Shown here: positions 46,660 through 55,934 of the stretch, piece by piece
How the letters are laid out: every line of letters starts with the position of its first letter
Numbering within the stretch: the first letter of the stretch is position 1
Virus record (IMG/VR): IMGVR_UViG_3300025195_000002
DNA from: a virus
DNA length: 64,000 nt
Strand: one strand, 5' to 3'
Notes under the pieces: generated by a model
Told to the model about the DNA's origin: nothing
The model's input: the letters and a program-made list of their open reading frames with translations, nothing else
The model's database searches: none
Translations under genes and position numbers: made by a program

Positions 46660-48264
46660 ATGTCAAGTGATGATAATGAATTAATAGGATTAAAGGTTGG
46701 CGCGTTAACCGTTCAAGGTCTAGATACGTCTAATACGAAAACCAAACGCAGTTGGCTATGTAAATGTCAATGCGGTAAGATAATATCCATTGACACCTTC
46801 AGGCTTAAAGCAGGCAAAATTACCTCTTGTGGTTGCTTAGCCAAGCTAAAGGCAAAAGAGAACGCGACCACCCATGGTTTACGTCGCCATCCCTTACATG
46901 GACGGTGGACAATGATGCGGGGTCGCTGTAACAATCCAAACAACCCCGACTACCATAACTACGGAGGACTGGGTATTAAGGTTGATCCTAGGTGGGATGA
47001 TTTTGGGTTATTCGTGCAAGATATGGGAGAACCTGAACCCGGTCAGGTCTTATTAAGAAGGGATGCTAACGCTGACTTTGGACCCGATAACTGCTATTGG
47101 GGCAAACGTGAGTATGTATTGAGAAACACTACTAATAGAGGCGATGACTTAACCGGACAAACGTTTGGAGAGGTAACGGTCTTTAAGAAAGCAGAACCCC
47201 TACCTACTACTAAAGGCAACCGGTGGTGGGTGAGATGTTCGTGCGGTACTGAGAAAATCGTTTCAGCTAAAAGTTTAAAGTCAGGTGATACTAAAAGCTG
47301 CGGGTGCTTGTCTAAACGCAACTTAGTAGGAGATACCTTTAGTGAATTAACGGTTCTTAGAGAAGACCCTATAAAGCAAGGTAAGAAGCGGCGTTGGATC
47401 TGCCAATGTAGCTGTGGTAATACGACATCAGTGGCCACTAACGATCTAACTTCAGGTCATACCAGAAGCTGTGGGTGTGCTAAGGGTAAGTTAATCAGTA
47501 GCGGCGTTACCACTCATGGGTTGAGGGATCATCCTTTATACGGAAGATGGTCAGCTATGAAGAACCGGTGTTATAATCCTAATGACGATTACTACCACAA
47601 CTATGGTGGGAGAGGTATTAAGGTTTGTAATAGATGGCGTAACTCGATTGATAACTTCCTAGAAGACATGGGGATGCCACCTGAGGGCTATACCTTAGAC
47701 CGCAAAGACAATAATAAGGATTATAGTCCAGAGAATTGTAGATGGGCGACTAATAAAGAACAGGGGAGAAATAAAAGCGATACGGTATGGTTAGAGTATG
47801 GCGGTAGGCGTGTTACACGTATTGATCTAGCGGAGGAACATGGGGTTGATCCTAATAGACTTCGTCAGAGGTTAGAAAAGGGGTGGGATTTAGAGTTAGC
47901 GCTAACACCACCCTTTAAATCAGGTTCTATAACCGAACCGTTAGTTGGTTTAAATTTAGAAACTCGCCAGATTGTATTCTCTGTGCATGTTGATGCAATG
48001 GCTAGTCTGATTGATATTAGTAAACACAAAATAAGAAGCGCAGTAGCTTACCGTGTCTCTATTAGTGGTGTCTGGGTGTTTAGACAGATATCTGATAAAA
48101 CCCCTTGGAACGATCACAAGGGCTGTACGGGCGTCTCAGAGGAAGTTATCCTCAAGCAACCCAATGGGCCGGATGTGATCTTTTCTGACGTTAGAGAGGC
48201 TTACAGGTACCTTACAGAGCATTCTTTACTAGATAAGGAGTATAGGTTAGAAGTATTTGAATGA
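46660..48264 (+). mobile_element. Free-standing HNH homing endonuclease with internal duplication
   Basis: Four WxCxCxCG...SCGC Zn modules and two 'THG..HPL..RW..M..RC.NPN..Y.NYGG.GI.V' HNH blocks; only the second keeps DRKDNN.DY..ENCRWAT..EQ..N. Confidence 0.85.
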
Positions 48265-48318
48265 CGGCATAAAAGAACCAGCCCGTAAAGGCTGGTTCTT
48301 AGCTATGTTTCTTTTTTG
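48264..48318. terminator. Bidirectional hairpin (TATGCCGT on minus, T tract on plus)
   Basis: ACGGCATA, then AAGAACCAGCC-CGTAAA-GGCTGGTTCTT, then AGCTATGTTTCTTTTTT. Confidence 0.75.
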
Positions 48319-48364
48319 TCTATCTTAAGCTACAAGCGTTGTGCTAAACCTAAGATAGCCGCAA

Positions 48365-49357
48365 TCAAAACGACCGACCATAGTCAAGTGAAGCTGCGAG
48401 GTCAGTTACCAGGCCATTGGCATGACTAATGGCAGCCAGGCGTGCGTCGTTAACCGCTTTCGAAGAAGCAACGTTGGTAGTTGAGGTTGAGTCAGTCGCA
48501 TCAGAGATAGCAGACTTGTCAACTTTCAATGCCAGACCAGTGTCAGTGTAAGACTTGGCTTCAGTCAACGCAAGCAGAACAGCGTTAGACGATGCAACGT
48601 TGGTAGAGCTGTCAGACACGATAGAGTCAGAGATATCTGCTTTATCGACTTTAAGCGCCAGGCCATCGTTAAGCTGAGTGATGGTTGCTTTAGTTGCCAA
48701 GGTTGAAGTGATAGCAGCGATGTCGCTATCGTTATCAGTCAGGGCAGCAGCAAGTTCTTGCAAGGTATCCAATGCAGCCGGTGGAGCACCGCCTAAGATA
48801 TCAGACTTAACAGCATCCGCGTAGGCAATAGCAGCGGCTTCTGCACTAACACCACGCTGGAATGCGGTGTACGCAGCCATAGATGATGCATACTGAGTAG
48901 ACGTCTGCTCATTAACAGCGTCGCTGATGGTGTAGTTTTCTACGTTACCCAGACCAACGTCAGCTTTGGTCAGGTTAGAGGTATCAGACTGTGCTTGAGC
49001 GATATCAGATTCAGCTTGAGCAATACGGTTACCGATTTTCAGTAACGTATCTAACGTGCTATCCAGCGCACCGCCTTTAAGTGCGTTGATCTGAGTATCA
49101 GTGTAACCATTAGAGCTGGCGATCGCATTAGCTTGAGCAGCAGCGATATCAGCAGTATAGTCACGACCTAAGGTAATTACATTACCTTCGTGGTCTTTGG
49201 TGAAGATCTTACGATCGACTAAGTTAAGTGCAATAGCACCTTCTTCCAGGTCGGCCGCCAGAGGTACGGCACTTGCAGTGATTGAACGGTCAAACTGAAT
49301 CTGACCAAGATCAATGGCTACGTTCTCTTCACCTGAGGTTGAGTTAACTGTAGGCAT
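48365..49357 (-). CDS. Tail fibre-associated structural protein
   Basis: Mtd-N-like start, 'LDTL.ELAAAL' and 'TKADVGLGNVENY' fibre motifs, three 'ISD....SST.VASS.A' repeats; highly biased codons. Confidence 0.7.
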   Translation of the reverse strand: MPTVNSTSGEENVAIDLGQIQFDRSITASAVPLAADLEEGAIALNLVDRKIFTKDHEGNVITLGRDYTADIAAAQANAIASSNGYTDTQINALKGGALDSTLDTLLKIGNRIAQAESDIAQAQSDTSNLTKADVGLGNVENYTISDAVNEQTSTQYASSMAAYTAFQRGVSAEAAAIAYADAVKSDILGGAPPAALDTLQELAAALTDNDSDIAAITSTLATKATITQLNDGLALKVDKADISDSIVSDSSTNVASSNAVLLALTEAKSYTDTGLALKVDKSAISDATDSTSTTNVASSKAVNDARLAAISHANGLVTDLAASLDYGRSF

Positions 49358-49468
49358 GGATTAAACTCCTAAAGATGGGATGCGGTCCCAGATTAAATAT
49401 ACTTGACGAGCGTGTCATAGTATCGAGATAAAATGGAGGTAGTTTTTTACGACTACCTCCTTGTAAGG

Positions 49469-50116
49469 TTAAGCACTAACGCCAAAGAACTCAGCACGTT
49501 TTAACCAGGCAGTGTTGTAGAAACTCTCCCACTCTTCTGCGGTATTGAGGACAACTGCGTTACCGTTATCGTTATTAAATGGAACAGGAACAAAAGGCTC
49601 GCCGGCTTTTTCACGCTTCTCAAGGAAACGATCAATAGACGTCCAACCGTTTTGGTCAGCTTCCGTTACACTACACATCACGCCATTGAACTCAAAGGCG
49701 TTCATCTTACGCCAGTGACGGTAACTGGAATCGGTAGAAAAGTATTCAGCCATCGGACCAGGTTGAGGTTTAGGTGGGAACGACTGATAACTTAGAAGAG
49801 GTGAATGTTCTTCTTCATTTTCAATCGCTGCGTTTCTTTCCTCAATCTCAAGGTTAGTCTTTTCAACCTTTTCGTTAGCGGCATGAATCTGAAGGCAGCG
49901 TTTTGCCCAAGACTCCTGAAGAAACTCAATGTAATTTGAGTAAGCAGCTTCAAGCGAACTCTCTTTAACATTGGCTTCCATCAGACCTTTGATATACTCA
50001 GGTCCAAAAGCCGACATTGAAAAGTCGTAAACAGGACCAGTAGTTTGTTCCCCACTGTTCACCTGTTCAGGTGATAGAATCCACTTAGATAGATTCGGTA
50101 AACTAGGACGCGTCAT
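49469..50116 (-). CDS. Putative tail-fibre assembly/chaperone protein
   Basis: C-terminal 'FEFNGVMCSVTEADQNG..S......F.N.NGN.V.L...E....F' resembles DUF4376-like fibre chaperones; coupled to the upstream RBP gene. Confidence 0.5.
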   Translation of the reverse strand: MTRPSLPNLSKWILSPEQVNSGEQTTGPVYDFSMSAFGPEYIKGLMEANVKESSLEAAYSNYIEFLQESWAKRCLQIHAANEKVEKTNLEIEERNAAIENEEEHSPLLSYQSFPPKPQPGPMAEYFSTDSSYRHWRKMNAFEFNGVMCSVTEADQNGWTSIDRFLEKREKAGEPFVPVPFNNDNGNAVVLNTAEEWESFYNTAWLKRAEFFGVSA

Positions 50117-53001
50117 TAGCGTTTCTCCTTAGGTAAAAAGCCAAGAGGGCGAGGTAGGGACATCATCCCAAATAAAACCCTGTGTTTATTTAAATCAGAC
50201 ATCATCGTCAGACCCTGTAAAATGAACTGATGATCGTCACCACTTTGTGAAGCAGTTACCATCCCAACGGTATTGTTAATTGTACCTTCTCTTGTGTAGA
50301 GTCGATTATCAACATAGTTAAGCACAGTACCGCCTTCTTCCGTGAACAGTGTATTGTTCCAACTCTGATCAATGTCCTGTAAGGCAACTAAGCCAACATT
50401 GTTAGTCTCTACGTTTAAACCATCTTGGATGATAAAACGTTCACCCGCTGCGATACTAACTGATTGGTTACTGGCCGTTAGGGTTATAACCTGAGGTGAG
50501 TAGGGTAGTGAGTGATAGTACCGCATTTCTTTAAATAAGACTGTTAGCGATACAAGACCGGGTATGTCTTTACTTTCAAAAAGTAAAGGGATATACTTAA
50601 AGGTATCTAACTTCCCATGGTCTTCCAGGTTGCTATTTTCTAATACAATAGGCTTATGTTTAATAACCCCATTATTTGTAATAGAAAAGCCAGACTGATC
50701 ACCTACCACCTCAAACGATGACCGTTGAAGTGCTTGCTTGGTAACCGTCTCTGCCTGACCTTGTTTACTGTAAACAACGCCATTGATTGCACACCCTAAA
50801 ATAACCCCACGTTCACCCGCTGCAACCGATACGCTACCTACACCATTTTCTACAAATCGACCAATATCTCGAATGTCTTGTGGTAAGAATGGTGCGGCGT
50901 TAGAGGTCTGGGAGATGATGGCCACTTTACCAGATTCAAAGTTAAACGTTAACACCTCAGTAGTGTTATTTAATCCAGAAGACCAGCTAGTAAAACCCCA
51001 GTCTATCCCACTTAGGTCATTGGAAACAACTGCGTAGTTATTCGACCCACCAATTTTTCGAGGGAACTGATAGTCCTTAGAAGTTCCATCTGGCAATTGT
51101 GCTACCCATAGCGCATTGGGGATGTAATCTACATTAAAGTTATCCATCATAGTCCGAAGATCAGTTGGATTACAAAATAGATTATTCAACATAGGTGGAT
51201 TAAAGTAAGCATAGTCGAGGTCTTCATAAGACAACACAATTACACTATCACCAACTTGCCAATCATCTACCACTATCTCCCCATCGCCTAGTGTTGCTCT
51301 AGTACTAGAGCTATAACGATTATATTTAAACGGGTAGATAGAGCTGTAGGTGTTGATAGGGAAATAAGTCCCTGATACACTTCCGTCATCACCTGTTTTA
51401 GCTGCAGGGGTAAACTCGTTGCGTGTTTCATTGTAAAGGTAACACCCACCACGCACATCGGTCTGTGAAGGGAGTGCTGACAATGTGACACTGTGCGTAT
51501 CAGTACTTTCTAGCGTGGTACGTTCAACACGTAATGCTCTTGCTATTTCATTACCTCGAACCCGGCCTGCTGAGAAACCGTCCGTATACCTATCAGCATT
51601 AAGCTCTATACCGTGTGCTGATAGTCTCAGATCATCGATCTGAAAATGGTACACGTTTTCATACGTCCAATCAAACGGTGTTCCGCTTACAGGATCTTGT
51701 ATGGTGGCACCAAAGTCTGATAATACCCCACCTTCCTCTTTAGTTAAAAAGCAGTCAGCGGTAGTTGTTGCAAGTTTGGCTAATGATGAAACATCCCACC
51801 ATTCTGCACCACCGACACCGCTCTGTTTAGAGAGTCTAGTACCGTTGGGGTTTAAGAAAGGGTGATATGCGCCTTTATTGAAACGATTAACAATGGCGAT
51901 CGGTAACCAATATACATTGTCTATTTCACCAGATAAAAATTCAGCTGGTGCAATGCAAACACCGAAATCTTCTAAATCCGCAGGGTAATTATTAGATAAA
52001 GGTTGTTGGAAAACCTCGCTGTTGTTAATAGGAGGTACTGTTGTACTAGAACCTTGTGGACTTAGTCTGTAAAGGAATCCAGATTCAGTACCGGACGTTC
52101 TAACGTAACTGGCTGCCCCTCTATCATAACCTGTTGCGAAGTCCCAGCGACAGCCCGATGCTGGTGTAGATCGTATACGATATTGCCATTGATAGACCTT
52201 ATCACCATCAATGAAGATGTTATGGTCAGGATTATCTAAGATCTCATTCTTTTGAGCGTTAGTCAATGTAGACCACACTAAACCAAATCCAGCGATACCA
52301 CTGCGCTCAGTATCCCAATCGCCAAAAGCACTATAGCTTTCTGGCATAACTTCGGCACCTTGAACACCTATCCCAAACGCTTGTCTATTTCGACATTGGA
52401 CGTTACCGTATGGGTATACTACAGGACATTGACCGCTTTCATCACCTACCTCAACTTTAAAGACTTCCATACCTACTAATACAGAAGACCCGACATATTT
52501 AACTTTAGTAAAATACGAGGTATCGGTTAGTAAAACACCTACTGGTGCGGCGGTTGTACAGAGGTAGATGTCATTAGCAACAATTACATGTTCATTGCGA
52601 CTGTATGCATTTGTGGTGGTGGTGCTAGTTTCAACCTTGGCACTGGGTGATTCTGGCAGGAATATGCTATTTCTAGCACTGGCTCCAACGTAGTTTTGAA
52701 CTACACGAATCCCGTCTACGTTATAAACCGGGTAGTCGGTTAAACTACTGCCAAAGGAATTAGCATCGGCACCATTTCGACCCATTCTAAATGCGTTAAC
52801 AACACCGCCATAATGAGTACACCAAATACCATCATTCACCTCGCGGTTAGATGCATCGTAGTAATGTTTGCCGGGATTAATAAAACCAGATACCGCGTAA
52901 CTATCTCTTCTATCCTGACGCAGAGATTCAAACTCGCGTACAGTCATGCCCTTTAAACTACGAGGCAAGAGTTCAGATAATTCTTTCATACTTTGCTCCA
53001 A
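50116..53001 (-). CDS. Large tail-fibre/receptor-binding protein, paralogue 1
   Basis: 961 aa; shares FE..R..RR..Y..SG, YP.YNVDGI, YPYGNVQ, WQYR, RFNKGAYHP..NP.GT and IDDLR motifs with the next two genes. Confidence 0.65.
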   Translation of the reverse strand: MEQSMKELSELLPRSLKGMTVREFESLRQDRRDSYAVSGFINPGKHYYDASNREVNDGIWCTHYGGVVNAFRMGRNGADANSFGSSLTDYPVYNVDGIRVVQNYVGASARNSIFLPESPSAKVETSTTTTNAYSRNEHVIVANDIYLCTTAAPVGVLLTDTSYFTKVKYVGSSVLVGMEVFKVEVGDESGQCPVVYPYGNVQCRNRQAFGIGVQGAEVMPESYSAFGDWDTERSGIAGFGLVWSTLTNAQKNEILDNPDHNIFIDGDKVYQWQYRIRSTPASGCRWDFATGYDRGAASYVRTSGTESGFLYRLSPQGSSTTVPPINNSEVFQQPLSNNYPADLEDFGVCIAPAEFLSGEIDNVYWLPIAIVNRFNKGAYHPFLNPNGTRLSKQSGVGGAEWWDVSSLAKLATTTADCFLTKEEGGVLSDFGATIQDPVSGTPFDWTYENVYHFQIDDLRLSAHGIELNADRYTDGFSAGRVRGNEIARALRVERTTLESTDTHSVTLSALPSQTDVRGGCYLYNETRNEFTPAAKTGDDGSVSGTYFPINTYSSIYPFKYNRYSSSTRATLGDGEIVVDDWQVGDSVIVLSYEDLDYAYFNPPMLNNLFCNPTDLRTMMDNFNVDYIPNALWVAQLPDGTSKDYQFPRKIGGSNNYAVVSNDLSGIDWGFTSWSSGLNNTTEVLTFNFESGKVAIISQTSNAAPFLPQDIRDIGRFVENGVGSVSVAAGERGVILGCAINGVVYSKQGQAETVTKQALQRSSFEVVGDQSGFSITNNGVIKHKPIVLENSNLEDHGKLDTFKYIPLLFESKDIPGLVSLTVLFKEMRYYHSLPYSPQVITLTASNQSVSIAAGERFIIQDGLNVETNNVGLVALQDIDQSWNNTLFTEEGGTVLNYVDNRLYTREGTINNTVGMVTASQSGDDHQFILQGLTMMSDLNKHRVLFGMMSLPRPLGFLPKEKR

Positions 53002-53037
53002 TTAAGGGCCCTGATAGGGCCCTATCTACTTTACCAT

Positions 53038-55881
53038 TTAACGACGCGAGGATTTGGGTGCTAATCCCAAACACCGTTCTACGGTCGCGGTACCATAAGC
53101 CACCATACGGTCATTTAAGTCTCCCATAAAGGCCGTACGACCAGTGTAGGTAAATGTACCGTCATCACCGTATAAGTTAGTGTATTCGACCCGCATACTT
53201 CCTACAAAGGTACCATCTTCCCTATAAATACGTCCATCATCCTGGTTAACAGTATGGCTATCAAACGTCGCAGCCGCCCATGTGGTCGTGATAGGTTGAG
53301 TAGCAACTAATACCATCCCTTCTAAAGACCGGTCCCTTACACCAACAAGTGTAAAACGTTCACCTACAGAAATATCTACCGTAAGGCCATTAGTAACATC
53401 TAACACCGAGACTGGGTCCGTTGAAGGATTATAAGTCAACCCTTTAAACATCATCCATCCTGTCACTAATTGACGCTTAGAACCACCCATTCTGAATAAC
53501 TGGGTAAAGAACTTTATACCATCACTGTTATCTAAGAACCCAATATCATTGTGTCTCATCAATGAACTATTAGACCCATCTGGCATGATGTAGGTGCTTG
53601 TATTTTCCCGCCAGCCATAAGAGATAGCAGGGTATTTCACTGGGCCAATTTCACCCTGACCAGTTGGTTTTTTACCCGTTAACGTCAAACAGGTCACTGC
53701 GCCAGATTCAACTCGCCAATCAGCAGCAACGTGAATGTCACTAAGCTTCAAGTCTAACGGACTATAGTTATTATCCGGTATTAAGAATCCTGCATACCAC
53801 AAATATGGCATTACATCGATGTGTAAATCTGAAGTTGATTTACTTACACCACCAGGATCGCCGTAACCAGCAGTAACTGCCGCTGAAGATATCCAAGACA
53901 CACCATCACGCTGATAACCCGATGCAGCTACTTTACATGGGATATTTTGAGGCAAGATTTGCTTCGGAGTACCGTCTGGTATAACTGGTACCCAGTTTCC
54001 ACCAACTAATGGTAATGGATTTGCATTACCCATTAACCCCAATAACCGCTCTGGTGTACATACTACATCGTAACCATAGACTTGATGGAAAGACAATGGT
54101 ACATCGGTGTAACCAATGATGATGATAGTATCACCTACTTCCCACCCATCTGTGATAAATGACGGCGCATTGCCTGTACTACCATATTGGTCAAAGAGTG
54201 CCATCGGGTTGATGTCTTTATGTAGTGACCAAAGACTCGTCGTCGTACCATAACGCATAGCTGGGGTTAGCATACCCTTAGTGACATTATAAACCCATGA
54301 GCCACCGTTGTAATCTGAGGATAAATTCTCAGCTGGTACAAGTTCGGAATTGGTCAGTGATGTAATGGTAGTTTGTATCCCAAAAAGTTTTCTAACCCTT
54401 TCCCAACCACGAATGCGACCATAGGCAATGTCACTAGCAAACGTATCCGGTGTCCCAGTATACCCTGCAGCAAAATGACGAAGGTCGTCAATTATTCCGT
54501 TATAAATAACGTCATGATAGACACCCATTGGATGTCCTGATAATCCTGAGTCATAATCACCAGAGTTCAGAAAAACACCTTCACCCTCTTCATCCGCTAC
54601 ATACTTAAAGCAGTCGGCGGTTGTGATAGGTGTGTCGATGTTTGGACTAGACCAGTCAGAACTACCATCATCGGTATTACGGTGGAAACGTCGAGTCCCG
54701 AATGGATTCATTCTAGGATGATACCCACCTTTATTGAAACGAGTAATACGACACAGTGGGATGAAATAAGACTCAGCAGCACTTAAGCTACTATTAACTA
54801 TCCCTAATGACCATACTCCGGGAGAGTTAGCTGAATAACCGTTAGACACCCCTAATGTTCGGTTACCTGAATCTGAATATTCGTCAGTAGTTAAACTTCT
54901 ACCCTGAAACGCTACCGTATAGTCCTGTGATTGAAGGGGTCGTGGTGCAGTTTGACTATGCATGTCTTCTAGGTCAATCGAATAGAACTCTTGACCAATA
55001 CCACGCCAACTACGAAGTCTGTACTGCCATTGGTAATATTTCCCATCTGTTTCAATGATATTGTTATCTGGGTCAGATACCCAAACTATACGCTCTTGAG
55101 CTGAAAGTTCAGTCCAATCCATACCCATACCCTGGGTCACGGTATCCTCAGAATTACGTGCCGAGTATGCTTGATCCATCACGGTGTTGCTAAGCGTCTG
55201 ACCTTTCCATTCAGTTAACCCACACTGGACGTTACCGTATGGGTAAACAGCCGGTGTACGATCACCACCTTCACCCAGCTCTACTAAGAAAACCTCTAAA
55301 CCAAACACATCTTCTCTAGACACCGCATCGCGTCTTTCAAATAACGCTGTGTTGGTTAAAGATTGGCCAGTAGTAGCACCGGTGTATGAAACACAGACAT
55401 AAATGTCATCGTCTACTACGACAAAATCACCCAGTACATAATCACGGGTAGTAGTGGCGTTAATTTCAACATAGGCGTCAGGGGCATCATCGATATCCCA
55501 AATACTAGTAACAGAATACAGAGCATTTTCAGCTTCAATACCTACATTAACTAATTGGGTAGCTTTAATAGCTCTGACGTGTAACGCAATGCCATCAACG
55601 TTGAAAATTGGATAGTTAGATTTACTTTTTCCTTCAGTCGGACTAGCTAAATCGTCTAAACGCCCCATGTAGATACGTTTCTTAACGCTTTCCCACCCAT
55701 ACATCCCGTTAAAGGCGAAGTTATTTTGAGTTTCTCGAGGGCCAGATTGCGTTGTGTTCTTACCCGGCTCAATCATCCCGCTACCGGCGTAAAGATTACG
55801 GCGCTGATCCCTCATTGCCTCAAACTGAGACCGAGGTGTGGCCTGCAGCGCACCTGGAACTCGGTTAGTTAAATCAGTCAT
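53038..55881 (-). CDS. Large tail-fibre/receptor-binding protein, paralogue 2
   Basis: 947 aa; same motif series. Confidence 0.65.
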   Translation of the reverse strand: MTDLTNRVPGALQATPRSQFEAMRDQRRNLYAGSGMIEPGKNTTQSGPRETQNNFAFNGMYGWESVKKRIYMGRLDDLASPTEGKSKSNYPIFNVDGIALHVRAIKATQLVNVGIEAENALYSVTSIWDIDDAPDAYVEINATTTRDYVLGDFVVVDDDIYVCVSYTGATTGQSLTNTALFERRDAVSREDVFGLEVFLVELGEGGDRTPAVYPYGNVQCGLTEWKGQTLSNTVMDQAYSARNSEDTVTQGMGMDWTELSAQERIVWVSDPDNNIIETDGKYYQWQYRLRSWRGIGQEFYSIDLEDMHSQTAPRPLQSQDYTVAFQGRSLTTDEYSDSGNRTLGVSNGYSANSPGVWSLGIVNSSLSAAESYFIPLCRITRFNKGGYHPRMNPFGTRRFHRNTDDGSSDWSSPNIDTPITTADCFKYVADEEGEGVFLNSGDYDSGLSGHPMGVYHDVIYNGIIDDLRHFAAGYTGTPDTFASDIAYGRIRGWERVRKLFGIQTTITSLTNSELVPAENLSSDYNGGSWVYNVTKGMLTPAMRYGTTTSLWSLHKDINPMALFDQYGSTGNAPSFITDGWEVGDTIIIIGYTDVPLSFHQVYGYDVVCTPERLLGLMGNANPLPLVGGNWVPVIPDGTPKQILPQNIPCKVAASGYQRDGVSWISSAAVTAGYGDPGGVSKSTSDLHIDVMPYLWYAGFLIPDNNYSPLDLKLSDIHVAADWRVESGAVTCLTLTGKKPTGQGEIGPVKYPAISYGWRENTSTYIMPDGSNSSLMRHNDIGFLDNSDGIKFFTQLFRMGGSKRQLVTGWMMFKGLTYNPSTDPVSVLDVTNGLTVDISVGERFTLVGVRDRSLEGMVLVATQPITTTWAAATFDSHTVNQDDGRIYREDGTFVGSMRVEYTNLYGDDGTFTYTGRTAFMGDLNDRMVAYGTATVERCLGLAPKSSRR

Positions 55882-55934
55882 TTTAACTTACTCCAAAAAG
55901 AAGGGTGTGGTAAACACCACACCATTATTTATTA

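Noticed and set aside
3117-48300. TATGCCGT repeats as a CRISPR array or attachment sites
   Set aside because: Copies are dispersed, 6-8 nt long, tied to hairpins at gene ends and on both strands; no regular spacers, cas genes or integrase.
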